From Dictyostelium discoideum (lineage: Eukaryota), in assembly GCA_000004695.1 (NCBI GenBank), contig CM000152.2:576001-640000 (forward strand): a DNA stretch of 64,000 bases. The letters are read 5' to 3'. Positions 12,833 through 27,814 of this stretch are shown piece by piece. Both the position numbers and the translations under genes were made by a program. The notes under the pieces are model-generated. The model was not told the DNA's origin, ran no database searches, and was given only the letters and a program-made list of their open reading frames with translations. Positions within the stretch are counted from its first letter, which is position 1. Each line of letters starts with the position of its first letter.

Positions 12833-12864
<32 letters not shown>

Positions 12865-13126
12865 TGTTTAATTAAAAATTAATATTAATAAAATAAAAAA
12901 AAAAAATATATACATATTTAAAAAATAGATTTTTGATAAAATTGGTAATAATATTTCAAATCAATATTGGGAATATAATTTATTATCAAAAATTGTAAAA
13001 CCAAATAGTTTGGCATATGAAAAAGAAAATTTTATAGTTTCAAAATATAAGAAAAAAGAATTTACTCCATCAGTAAATATACCATGTCCAATTTCAATTT
13101 TTAATAATGAATTCTCTAAACAGTAA
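10381..13126 (+). CDS. Multidomain ArfGAP protein: Asn/Gln-rich N-terminus, SH3 domain, RA/ubiquitin-like segment, PH-like domain and a C-terminal ArfGAP zinc finger
   Basis: Two exons, 10381..12813 and 12929..13126 (intron GTAAGT...AAAAATAG, phase 0). SH3: ALVLYSFDADLEEELNLIKDTTIIVVEQCADGWWKGRHLDSTKVATFPANYVKLI. ArfGAP: CVDCCSKDPEWASISLGCFLCDTCCGIHQKV...WEDIHIN|IFDKIGNNISNQYWEYN...KPNSLAYEKENFIVSKYKKKEF; the second exon completes the ArfGAP fold. A PH-like C-terminal helix (...FNIVNQWIDTIEQ) is also present. Confidence 0.75.
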
Positions 13127-13783
13127 TTCATTTATTTTAATTTATTTATTTATTTATTTAATTTTTTATTATTTTTTATTTTTTTTTTTTTCTGGAAAAA
13201 AAAAAAAAAAAAAAAAAAATATATTTTTTTTTTTCCAGCCCTATATATATCCACAAAAAAAAAAAAAAAACAAAAAAAAAAAAACAAAATATATAACAAT
13301 TAATTTTTTTAAAAAAAAAAAAAAGCTTCAAATTATTAAATTTAATATAGAATTTAATTTTTAAAGATTTTAAATAAATAAATTGTTTTATGCCAATTTA
13401 TTTATTCATTTTAAAATTTTTATAGAATTTTCAAAAAAAAAAAAAAAAAATAGGATCCTCTTTTTTAATTTTTTTTACCAGTTTTTTACTTTCACCAACA
13501 ACAAAAAAAGATTCTTTTCTTCTTTTTTTTTATTTTATTTTTTTGTTTTTTTTTTTTTTTTTTTCAATTTTTTTTTTTTTTTTTTTGTTTTTTTTTTTTT
13601 TTAATTGTTTTATTTTTTAATTTTTTTTTTTTTTTTTTTTTTCATTCAAAATAATACCACCACCATAACTCATTACAACAAACTTATTAATAATCATTAA
13701 AAAAATCATTTAAATTTATAAATTTTAAAATATAAAAATCAATAGTATAATATATATATAATATAACATAAAAAAAAAAAATC

Positions 13784-16434
<2,651 letters not shown>

Positions 16435-17094
16435 ATATATCTATTCCTTTGCTTGTAAATAATTAAATAAAATTTTAAAAAAGAAATAAAATTATCAAAT
16501 CAAAAAAAAAAAAAAAAAAAAAAAAAAGTTTTAATTTTATTTATTTTTAATATGGATTTAGATAAATAGAACACTAAAAAATACACAAAATGATTTTGTA
16601 ATTATTTTGTTTTTTTTTAATGAATTAAATCATTTTTTTTTTTATTTATTTATTTATTTATTTATATGAAACATTCATATTTGACATTTTTTGGAATTAT
16701 TTAAAATAAATATATTTATAAAAAAAAAAACAATTACAAAAAATGAATGATAAATAAATTAAAAAAATAAAAAATTTGGATTGAAAAAAAAAAAATAAAA
16801 AAATAGAATGATCATATTTATTTTTTTTATTTTTTTATATCAGTTTGTGTATTTTTGAGTGCTCTTTTTATCAATACTTAATTCATATTAAAAATAAATA
16901 TAATTAAATGGTTGTTAAAAAAAAAATAAAAAAAAAAATAAATTAAAATAATTATTTTTTTTTTTTTTTAAAGAAAAATTTGAATGTTTTATCAATTGTC
17001 CAAATTCTTCGTTTTTTCATTTTTTATTTTTAATTTTTTTATTTTTATTTTTTTTTATTTTTTATTTTATTGAAAACAAATTATAAACGAAGAA

Positions 17095-18230
17095 ATGTCC
17101 AAAAAAAATAATAAGAATGACACAGTAAATTCAAAAGTTGTTAAAAAATCACAACCACCACAACAACAACAACAACAACAACAAAAAAAACAACAACAAC
17201 CAGCAAAACAACAACCAACTAAACAACAACAACCAACAAAACAACAACCAACTAAACAACAACAACAACAACCAGCAAAACAACAACCAACTAAACAACA
17301 AGCACAACAAACAACTAAATTAACAACAAAAGAAAAAACAATTAAAAAAGTAGAAGAAAAAGAAGAAAATGTTGAAACAACAAATAACCCAATGGGTATT
17401 GAAAAAGAATTATTTGAAGAGATCTCAACACTTCAAGTTGAGATTGAGAATATTGGTAACAAAGAAATGAAACAAAAATTAAAATTAGATCTTGAAAGAG
17501 ATACTCAATTATCTCCATTATATGCAGAGAGAGAAGCAATCTTAAAGAATATTCCCGAATTTTGGAGTACTTGTATTTTTAAACATCCAATCCTTTCAGC
17601 ATTAATTACTGATTCAAAAGATATATCATTTTTGAAACATTTAAATGGATTCAATGTTGAAATGAAAGAAAATGGAAATGTTAAATTCACTTTTGTAAGT
17701 TTTTTTTTAATTAAATTTTTATTTATTTTATTTGTTAATGTATTTTTTTTTTTTTTCTTTTTCTTTATAAAATTTAATATTACACCTATGCTATACAATC
17801 ATATTCTAATTCTAATTCTAATTCTAATTCTAATTCTAATTCTAATTCTAATTCTAATTCTATTTCTTACTACCAAAGACATTCACAAATAATTCATTTA
17901 TTAAAAATAAACAAATTTGGAAGGAATATGTTTTTGATACAGATGGAGTTTCAACAAGTTGTTCACCAATTCAATGGAAGAATGGAAATGTAATTATTAT
18001 TTACTATTTATTATTGTTTATTTATTTATTTACCATAAAATCCAATAAACTAATTATTTATTTATTTTAAATTAATAAAGGATATTACAAAAAAGAAAGA
18101 AGGTGAAGATCCATCTTTCTTTAGTTGGTTTTCAGATCAAGATGACCTTGAAATATTTGATATTTTCAAACATGAAATTTGGATGTTCCCAATGGATTTT
18201 TATTCTAAAAAAGTTGAAGATGACGAATAA
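17095..18230 (+). CDS. Nucleosome assembly protein (NAP/SET/TAF-I family) with a Gln/Pro/Thr-rich (PTKQQ)n N-terminus
   Basis: Three exons: 17095..17694, 17879..17989 and 18081..18230. The NAP core EREAILKNIPEFWSTCIFKHPILSALITDSKDISFLKHL...NVKFTF|TFTNNSFIKNKQIWKEYVF...IQWKNGN|DITKKKEGEDPSFFSWFSDQDD...EIWMFPMDFY aligns with human SET (QEAILKIPNFW...IKWKSGKDLT...SFFTWFTDH...DIWPNPLQYY). Intron 1 contains a (TAATTC)10 minisatellite. Confidence 0.8.
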
Positions 18231-18340
18231 AATAATAGTTTTTTTTTTTTTTTTTTTTTGTTTGGAAAAAAAAAAAAAAAAAAAAAAAAAGAAATGTTTT
18301 ATTTTTATTTTTATTTTTTTTATTATTCATTATTATTATT

Positions 18341-18778
18341 TTAAAATTTAGAGATTAATGTTAAAGTACCTAAAAATAATGTTGATATTATTATAATTTC
18401 TTTATTTTTTGAAATCTGAGAATGAGATGAAGAGGAAGAAAAAGTTGGAGGGAATTGAGAAGTTTGATTTTTTTTTATTTCTTCAACCAATTCTAAACAC
18501 TTTTTATCTTTGATTGAACAAAATGGAATATTTATACAATTTTCACCAATACAATCTTTTGGATTATTTTGAGAATTATTAGATGAGGTATTAATAGTAC
18601 CTATTATTATTGTTATTATTTATTATATATTTTTTTTTTTTTTTTTTTTTTTAAATTATTATCATTAAATGGAAATATATATACGTTTTTTTTTTTTTTT
18701 TTTTTTTTAAAAATTAATAAAAATATTCTAATTCTACCATGTCCTATATAAAGCCATTTCCAAACAGGAATGAACACC

Positions 18779-18809
<31 letters not shown>

Positions 18810-20136
18810 ATAAATTATTTAGATATTGTTTTTTTGATTTTTATGATTTTGTTTTTGTTTTTTTTTATTTTTTTTAAAACAATCAATCCAATTTATTTAT
18901 ACAAAAAAAAAAAAAAAAAAAAAAAAAAAATAACTTGATAAAAATTCCAATTATAAAAAAAAATATAAAAAAAAAGTTTTATAAAAAATAAAATAAAATG
19001 AATAAATTAAACTTACAATCAGGAATTTGATCATGTATACAACCAATTGAAATATCACAACTATCAGTTGTACAATCATTGTTATCATCACAGGAAATTG
19101 GAGTGTGAGTTATACCTTCTTCATGGGAACATTGGTCAAATGTACAATTATTAAAATCATCAACGGGCAATTCTTTATGAATACAGCCAAGTTTACAATC
19201 ACAATTATCAATGGTACAATCATTATTGTCGTCACATGATATTGGAGTGTGAATACAACCAGTTGAATTTTTACAAGTATCAATTGTACAAACACATCTA
19301 TCATCACAAGTTCTATTAAAAAATTGACAACCCTTGTATTCATTACAAACATCAATTGTACAACTATTATAATCTTCACAAACTAAAACCGGTTGATAAA
19401 CACATTCTCCTGTCAATTGATTACACCAGTCCATTGTGCAATCATTATTATCAGTACATATTCTTCTTCTAAATGAGCATGTTCCAGTCTCAGGATTACA
19501 TATATTATCAGTACATTTATCATTATCATCACATACCACCCTCTTATGAAAGCATCCAGTCAATGGATCACAAAAATCTTTTGTACATCCATTATCATCA
19601 TCACATGAAATATTTTCATAAATACATCCAATAACTGGATCACACATTTCATTTGTACACAAATTTTCATCATTGCATGATTCGTCATTATTACAATATC
19701 TTGTTGTTGTTGTTGTTGTTGCATTTGTTTTATTTTCTAGTTGGCCTATTTTTTTTTTTTAAAAAATTTTTAATTTTGTTTATAAAAAAAAAAAAAAAAA
19801 AAAAAAAATATTTATAATAAATTAAAATATATATAAATATAATAATTTTAAAAAATAATTAGAAAATAAAAGAAGAAATTTAATTTTTAATAAAAAAAAA
19901 AAAATTAATTAATAATTACTGTAAATTTTTAATCATTATTTAATAAATATTTTTTAAAAAATAAAAATAAATAAATAAATAAATAAAAAAATAATGATTA
20001 CAAAAAAAAAATTAAAAAATAAAAAAACAAATACAAATAATTTTTATCTTTAAAGTAAAAAGAAAAAAAAATTACAAAGTTACAACATACAATTTCCCAA
20101 TTGAATAAAAATAATGAATAAAAGTATAATCATCAT
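18341..20136 (-). CDS. Secreted/type-I membrane glycoprotein built of Dictyostelium CTDC cysteine-rich repeats, with a C-terminal TM anchor
   Basis: Model: exon 1 20091..20136 (signal peptide MMIILLFIIFIQLGN, donor GTATGT, phase 1); exon 2 19017..19745 (acceptor ATAG; this includes track ORF 18979..19662 and an upstream in-frame extension); exon 3 18341..18600 (...C|TINTSSNN...EIIIISTLFLGTLTLISKF*). Exon 2 carries about 9 repeats of the C-T-x-D-x-C...G-C form typical of the Dicty CTDC repeat (Pfam Dicty_CTDC-like). The exon-1 assignment is tentative. Confidence 0.55.
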
Positions 20137-20285
20137 TTTTATTTGACACAGTTTAATTTTCATTTTTAGAATAATATATTCTTTTTGATCAGTTCTTAAT
20201 ACTATTATTTGTAGATATATTTATACATATTAAACAAAAAAAATTAAATTTATAGAAAGGGGAAAAAAATTATTAATTGCAATAG

Positions 20286-20321
<36 letters not shown>

Positions 20322-20989
20322 TTTTTTTTTTTAATTATTTAATTATAATAAAAATTTATTGTTGATTATTATTATTATTATTATTATATTGTTATTATTA
20401 TAAATGGGTATTTAAAGATGTATTTTGTTAAAAGTTTTTTGATTGGTTAATGTAATTAGAAGCAGTTGTTTGTAATGCAATTATTTTTAAATAAGTTGTT
20501 TTTTTTAGGATTGGTAAAAAATTTGGTTTTTTTTTTTTTTTTTTGTGTATGGATAACTATTTAAAATGGAATAACTCTAATTGAAAGAAAAAACAAATTT
20601 TAAAATAATAACCAACAAACAAATTTGTTATTTATTACCAAAAACAAACAACAAACATAAAAACGACATAAAAAAAAAAAAAAAAAAATAAAATTAAACA
20701 AAAAAAAAAAAAATAAATTAATAAAATAAAATAAAAACAAACATTTTTAAATTAATTAAATCATATGTAATTTTAACTCATGTCAACATAGAATATAATT
20801 TACTCTTTAAAAAGCCGTTCATATTATTCTATTTACCCTTCAAAGTAAAATTTTAATTAAACCAAAAAATTAATAATTAAATAAAATAAAATAAAATAAA
20901 ATAAAATAAAAAAACAAAAAAAAAAAAAAAAAACAAATAATAAAAAGAAATAAAAATAATAATAAAAATAATAATAATAAAAACATTAT

Positions 20990-21022
<33 letters not shown>

Positions 21023-21565
21023 CTCAATAAAACCACACATGAACAAAAAAACACACAAAAACCACATCACCCCAACATCACCCACCTTTACGTATATATT
21101 TAGTAATAAATTTTATTTAATAGTTTTTATTATTAATATTAGTATTATTTTTATTATTATACCAAATTTAATACATCAACCCTCTCTTTTCAAGATAACT
21201 CACCAAAATTTAAAAAAAAATAAAATAATAAAAAATAGTAATATGACCTCTTTCTCACACTCTTTTTCTATTTATTTTTTTCTATTTTTTTTATTATTAA
21301 TAAAATCGGAGAGGTATATGTTGTTTTTATTTAAATCATAAAACAAGATTAAAGACGTTATTTTTACATATATGTATATCTGTGTGTGTATGTGTATGTG
21401 TGTGTTCCCTATTGATAAATCAATACTATAAAATTAAAATTAATAAAATCCACCAATATTATGAAGGAGTGTTGGTATCTTAACAGTTTATTTTTATTTT
21501 TATTTTTATTTTTATTGATTTTTTGATGATTAAATTTTTTTTTTTTTTTATCCTTTTTTTTATCC

Positions 21566-21718
21566 TTTTTTTTAGTCTTGATCATTAATTTTTTTTTTTT
21601 ATTTAATACTTTTTGGATTTTAATTTTCTTTTATCACCATCTTCTATCTAATATTTTATGTTTTATGATGCAAAGATCAATCAAAAAAAAAAAAAGTTAA
21701 TGATCAAGACTAAAAAAA
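21566..21718. repeat. Near-perfect inverted repeat (arms about 35 bp, spacer about 85 bp) able to form a long hairpin
   Basis: The left arm tttttttt-agtcttgatcattaa-ttttttttttt (21566..21601) is the reverse complement of the right arm aaaaaaaaaaaaa-gttaatgatcaagact-aaaaaaa (21683..21718). The core is a 22-bp perfect match. Confidence 0.8.
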
Positions 21719-22251
21719 CTTAATTAATAGCTAACGACCCAAGTAAAATAACAGTTCTTTGCATTTCATTTTACTTGCTCTGTTTTAGTACTGTTTCAAA
21801 TGTCAGAAAAAAAAAAAAAAAAAAAAAAAAAACTAACAAATGGAAATAAATTTCCAAAAATGTTTTTGGTTTTTGGTTGATTAATTTTAAGATATTATCT
21901 TTATTATAATTTATTTTAATTTTTATTATAATCTTGGTTTTTAAAGAATTTTTTTTATGCGTGTGGGTTATTATTATTATTATTATTATTATTTATTAGA
22001 TTATATCTTTATAAAAATTTATTATTATTTATTTTTTATTTTTTTATTATTTATTATTTTTATTTTTATTAATAATACTATTATTATTATTATTATTAAA
22101 TAAATTAAATTGGTTTTATATTTTAGTGTACCCTTACATTTCTATCAGGGTTATAATATTATAATTATTGTAATAAAGGGTATAAATCTATAATCTGTCG
22201 TGTTTGTTGTATTTATCAGGTTTGGTGAATATGGTGATAAATGACGCAACA

Positions 22252-22316
<65 letters not shown>

Positions 22317-22655
22317 AATATATTACTAGTATTCACTGGTGTGATTATTTATTAAAAAATAATAATTAAAATAATTAAAATAATTAAAATAAATGACTAA
22401 AAAAAAAAAAAAATAAAAAAAAAAATAAAAAAAAAACAAAAACAAAAACAAAAACAAAAACAAAATAACAAGTAAAAAAAAAGAGAAAGGAAAAAAAAAA
22501 AAGAAACAAGGGAAATAAAAAATAAATAAAAAAAAAATAAAAAAAACTATAACAACAACAACTTTGTTTCAATTTAAACTATTAAATATTACTATAATAC
22601 TAAATCCACCCATTATTCCATCATAATGCCTTCATTATTATTATTATTGTTGTTG

Positions 22656-22705
<50 letters not shown>

Positions 22706-22965
22706 TGAGAAGGGAGACTTCTTTGATATTGAAAATCTATCAGGATTTGATAATGGTAATAACCATGGTGAAACTTTAATAATTTCCAAAATACATGGGT
22801 GTGTTTCATAAACATAAAATAAACTAACTGCTGCCCATATTGAAGATAGTGACCTATATTTTATTATATGATTAATTTGATTGATTAGATTAATACCGAG
22901 AGGGTGATTTTTAGATATATGTATACATTTTATTATTATTATTATTTTAATTTTATTGTGTTATT

Positions 22966-23004
<39 letters not shown>

Positions 23005-23510
23005 AAACATCTTAAAATAAATGTTGAATCTTTAAAATTATATGAAAGGATCTTTGTATCTGATGCTACAATACCAGTTTGACCGTAACATTTGGTTATC
23101 ATTTCTCTTACAATCAATTCCAATTTTTCTTTTGTAATTGATTGATAATTTCTTAATTAATAAATAAATGGAAATTTAGTGTTAGTATTGCTTGTTGTAA
23201 AATAAAAAAAAATAAAAAATAAAAAACCGAAAATATTACACTTTAATTAAAAGATAAAAATAATTTGAATGAATTGTTTGTTTTTCCATTATTATATATA
23301 TATATACTAATATATTTCAGTTGATTTTTTATATAAATCTATTATTGGTTGTTTTTTAATAAAAATAAAAATAATAAAAATAATAAAAATTTTTATCTAT
23401 ATTTAGAAGAAGTTCGAACGTTTTTGGGTTTTTTTTTTTTTTTTTTATTATTTTTGAAACTTTTAAAAAAAAAAAAATAAAAAAAAAAATAAAAAAAAAT
23501 TTTAAAAAAG

Positions 23511-23553
<43 letters not shown>

Positions 23554-23595
23554 TTTGGATTCTACTACAAAACTCATCAAAAAAAAAAGATACAA

Positions 23596-25031
23596 ATGGC
23601 TGGTATGATATTTCTTTGAAACTAATTGATACATCTATCACTATTATACCTTCTCCCCTTCTTAATGTGTTTTATATTACGATATATATGATGATATTAA
23701 CAAATAATTATTAAAATTTAAAATATATAATTCACTCAAATAAATTATAAAAAAAATAAAAATAATAATAATTATAATTGGATTGTATCATTAAAAATAA
23801 TATATATATATATATATATAATTAAATAACCATATTATAAATAGATGATAAAAAAAGAGAATTAGAGGAAACTTCTACCACCACTGAAGAAACCTCAACA
23901 GAAGATAATCATACAAAAAAGAAATTAAAAGTTGATCCAACTCCTTCAGTAGAAGACAATAATAACAAAACTACAGAAAATAAAGAAACAGAAGAAAATA
24001 AAGAACCAACAACTACTACCACCACTACTGAAGAAAAGAAAGAAGAGAAAAAAGAAGAAGAAAATAAAGAAACAACAACAACTACTACTGATGAAAAAAA
24101 AGATGATAAAAAAGAAGGTGTAGAAGAAGAAAAGAAAGAAGAAGAAAAAAAACCAACTTCAATTTTTGGTTCAGGTTCATCAATTTTTGGTTCAGGTTTC
24201 CCATCAACTGGATTTGGATCAGCATCAAATACATTTTCATTCAATTTAAATAGCACATCCTCATTTTCATTTGGATTTAATAAATCATCAACTGATTCAT
24301 CTTCCAATACTACAGGAACTAGCTTATTTGGAAATAATAACAATAATAATAATAATAATAATAATAATACTAAAAACGATGATAGCGAAAAATCTGAAAG
24401 TTCAGTTTCAAATAATGGTTGTGATGAATCTGATAATACCACATTCGAACCAATCATTCAAGCTCAAGAAGTTGAGTTAAAAACTGGTGAAGAAGATGAA
24501 ACTACTTTATGTTCTGTAATTATCTTTTTTTTTTTTTTTAGTAATTTAAATCATTTAAAATTATTAATTCCATTAATTTATTATTATTATATTAGACTAA
24601 AGGTAAATTATATATTTTACAAGATAAACAATATAAAGAAAGAGGTGTTGGTACAATTAGAGTTAATAAAGATTTAGAAGAAAAGTCTAGAATAAGTATG
24701 TATATAAATAATAATAGTAATCCACAAAATTTTAATTGAAAGAATATCGAGTATTTTTACTAACAAAATAATAATAATAAATAATAAATAAATAAATAAT
24801 AATAAATAATAACAATAAATAGTTATGAATGCTGATGGTTCAAAGAAAAATATTTTAAATGTAAACATTTTCCCAAAAATGAAAGTAACCTCACCAAATG
24901 AAAAAACTTTAACATTCATTGCATTTGAAGATGATAAAATTTGCACTTTTGTTTTAATTGCAAAACCAGAAGAAATTAAAAACTTTTCAACTGTTATAAA
25001 TAAACAAATCAGTAGCCTCGAAGTAGCTTAA
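23596..25031 (+). CDS. Nup50/Nup2-like nucleoporin: acidic N-terminus, FG repeats and a C-terminal Ran-binding domain
   Basis: Four exons: 23596..23602 (ATGGCTG then GTATGA), 23845..24515, 24596..24695 and 24823..25031. Spliced protein: MA|DDKKRELEE...(FG repeats SIFGSGSSIFGSGFPSTGFGSASNTFSF...)...QEVELKTGEEDETTLCS|TKGKLYILQDKQYKERGVGTIRVNKDLEEKSRI|IMNADGSKKNILNVNIFPKMKVTSP...TFVLIAKPEEIKNF. The last three exons form a RanBD (RanBP1 fold). Intron 3 has a TACTAAC branch-point motif. The 7-nt first exon is the least certain element. Confidence 0.65.
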
Positions 25032-25036
25032 AATTT

Positions 25037-25067
<31 letters not shown>

Positions 25068-25283
25068 GATTTATATTTTAAATCTGTTTTGGTTTAAAAA
25101 TTCTGGAAAAAATAATTATAACTACAAAGTGTAATAATAAGAAATTATTATTATTATGATTATTATTATTATTATTATTATTAAATGTATGGAAATTAAA
25201 AATAAATAAATAAAAAATTGATACAATAAGATTTATTACTTTTTTTCACCAAAAAAAAAAAAAAAAGTTTTGTTTATTCTATT

Positions 25284-26879
25284 TTAATCTTCTTTTTTAA
25301 TAATATGAAAATAATCAACACAATATTTCTTATATAAATCAGTACGTGATAATTTAAAAGAGATTGCTTCCAAGATTGAATAAGTTTCACTTGATGGTTG
25401 TAAATTGAATTTTGGAATTAAAGTATTGAATAGATCGTATGCCATGTCAATGTTATTACATTGACAACAGGAATCTATTAAAACATTGATTGTATTTATA
25501 TTTGGTGTGAAGTCAGTTGTAACTAAACCATCACCAATCTCTGATAACTTGTCGAAATCTGTTTCAATTGGTAACGATTCAACGATTGGTTTACCAGCTT
25601 TCATCATTAAACATTCAAAGAGATCTATCATTTCATTTAATCTATTTTGTTTACCTAATTTTATGAAAATTTGGTGAAATGTTTGTGTGGTAATTGGAGT
25701 ACCAACACCGGTCATCATTAATTGATTATCTTTTTCAATTAAAATTTCAATTGCTTTATTAACATTCTCAACTTTTAAATAACCTTCAACTAAATATTGA
25801 ATTGTATTATAATCACATAATTTGATATCCTTTGATTGAGACGACGACGACGATGATGATGATGAAATCATTAAATCATTATAAACCATTTCCATTTTAT
25901 CAATTTTATATTGTCTTGAAAAACAATTTAAAATTGAATTTAAAATTACTAAATTTTCACTATCATCATTATTTGAGCTAGTATTATAATATTCTAATGC
26001 TTTTTCAGGTTGATTGGAATTTGAATAACCAATACAAATTAATCTATTCACTCTATTTTCATCGATTTTCATTTGTTTTATTTCCATTTCTTTAATTAAT
26101 TCTAAACATTTTGAAATATCTCCATTTGATGATAATGATTCAATAAATATATAATAAGTTTCACTATTATTATTATTATTATTATCAACATCATCATTAT
26201 CAACATCAAAACGATCTAAATTTGAATTTATAAATTTAAAAACTTGTTCAACCATAATTGAATTACTACGAAGTAAATAATCACGCATAATTAAATGTGC
26301 TTGTGATAATTTGAATTTAATATTTAATGGTGAATCATGTTCATTATTATTATTATTGATTTTATTTAAATTTATACCATTTAATGATAATAATCTTTTA
26401 ATAATTTCTTTTATTCTTGATTCTTCATTTGATAATTTACCACATACTCTAACTAATGTTGTAAATGATAAATTTGATCTATCAATTGGTGAATTATTTT
26501 GAATTTCTTCACTTGCATTCTTTAATTCCTCCTTTAAAAAATCATCATTTACTAAATTTAAATAATATTCAAATTTCTTTTCAAATGTTTTACCATCATT
26601 TGGTTGTTCTTTTAAACTTGATGATACTGTTGATATTGATTCCTCTTTAACATAAGTTGTAACTTTTTTATCTATTTTACTTTTAAACCAATTAAATGTT
26701 TGTGTTTCTGGTTTTTCTGCATCATAAAAATCTTCAACTTTATTATTATTATTACTACTATTATTATTGGATGTACAAAAGCTTCTATATTTGACAATAC
26801 TTTTATTACAACCTGTTGTTGATTTTGTTGTTGTAATAACTTTAATTGTTTTTTTATTATTTAATAAATATCTTATCAT
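25284..26879 (-). CDS. Pentatricopeptide (PPR)-like helical-repeat protein, probably organellar (mitochondrial)
   Basis: Single 531-aa ORF with a basic N-terminus resembling a mitochondrial targeting peptide. Several degenerate 35-aa PPR-like repeats are present: ETYYIFIESLSSNGDISKCLELIKEME, LVILNSILNCFSRQYKIDKMEMVYNDL and INTINVLIDSCCQCNNIDMAYDLFNTL. Confidence 0.5.
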   Translation of the reverse strand: MIRYLLNNKKTIKVITTTKSTTGCNKSIVKYRSFCTSNNNSSNNNNKVEDFYDAEKPETQTFNWFKSKIDKKVTTYVKEESISTVSSSLKEQPNDGKTFEKKFEYYLNLVNDDFLKEELKNASEEIQNNSPIDRSNLSFTTLVRVCGKLSNEESRIKEIIKRLLSLNGINLNKINNNNNEHDSPLNIKFKLSQAHLIMRDYLLRSNSIMVEQVFKFINSNLDRFDVDNDDVDNNNNNNSETYYIFIESLSSNGDISKCLELIKEMEIKQMKIDENRVNRLICIGYSNSNQPEKALEYYNTSSNNDDSENLVILNSILNCFSRQYKIDKMEMVYNDLMISSSSSSSSSQSKDIKLCDYNTIQYLVEGYLKVENVNKAIEILIEKDNQLMMTGVGTPITTQTFHQIFIKLGKQNRLNEMIDLFECLMMKAGKPIVESLPIETDFDKLSEIGDGLVTTDFTPNINTINVLIDSCCQCNNIDMAYDLFNTLIPKFNLQPSSETYSILEAISFKLSRTDLYKKYCVDYFHIIKKED

Positions 26880-27033
26880 GTTGTGTGTCGATTTTTTATT
26901 TTTTGAAATTTAAAAAACGAAATTTGTTTTTTGTTTTTTTTTTTTTTTTTTTAAATTTCTCTCTCTGGTTATAGTTTTTTAATTTTATTTTTTATTTTTT
27001 TATTTTTTATTTTATTTTTTTTTTATTTTTTGA

Positions 27034-27814
27034 TCAATTCGAACTATGTTTATTAATTGAATCTTTAAAAAGTTTAATAGTTTCTTTTGGATCTTGATTT
27101 GGTTTGAAAAGAGCAGAACCTGCTACAATAACGTTTGCCCCAGCTTCAGCTGCCATATCAATTGTTGATGGATCGAGACCACCATCAACTTGAATATTTA
27201 AATTTGGATATTTGGAACGGAGTGTTTTAACTTTTGGCATCATATCTTTCATGAATGATTGACCACCGAAACCAGGTTCCACTGTCATAATTAAAACGAA
27301 ATCCAATTGATCAACGTATGGGAAAACTTCTTCGATTGGAGTTTTTGGTTTAACACATAAGGCAACTTTCATACCTGCTTCTTTGATTTGTGTAATCACC
27401 TTTTGTGTAATACCTCTTGGTTCGGTTGCTTCAATATGAAATGTAATTGAGTTTGCACCTGCATTCTTAAAATCTTCAATCATTGTCTCTGGATTTGTTA
27501 CCATTAAATGACAATCAAAATAACCTTTTGTATGTTTTCTTAAACTCTTTACAATTGGTGCTCCTAATGTTAAATTTGGTACAAAATGATTATCCTTTTA
27601 TTTTTCGTTACCCAAAAAAAAAAAAAAAAAAAAAAAAATTGTTAGAAATTAATAATAATAATAAATTATAAAAAATAAAATAAAAAATAGAACTTACCAT
27701 AACATCAATATGAAGCCAATCAGCTCCACATTCTAACATATAGTTTGAATCTCTTGCTAAAAATGCAAAGTCTGATGATAATAAAGATGGACAGATAATT
27801 GGTTTTAATGACAT
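27034..27814 (-). CDS. rpe: Ribulose-phosphate 3-epimerase
   Basis: Two exons, 27698..27814 and 27034..27594, joined across a 103-nt intron (GTAAGT...TAAAAG). The 225-aa product MSLKPIICPSLLSSDFAFLARDSNYMLECGADWLHIDVM|DNHFVPNLTLGAPIVKSLRKH...DCHLMVTNPE...GMKVALCVKPKTP...VLIMTVEPGFGGQSFM...QVDGGL...GANVIVAGSALF has the canonical RPE motifs throughout. Confidence 0.9.

Noticed and set aside
22990-23160. Calling the minus-strand protein-like stretch in the gene desert a CDS feature
   Set aside because: There is no start codon and no identifiable family, and I could not build a consistent multi-exon model. It is kept only as a finding.
23909-24457. 182-aa minus-strand ORF rich in Ser, Val, Leu and Phe
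   Set aside because: It is antisense to the FG-repeat exon of the Nup50-like gene. The sense strand has clear RanBD homology.
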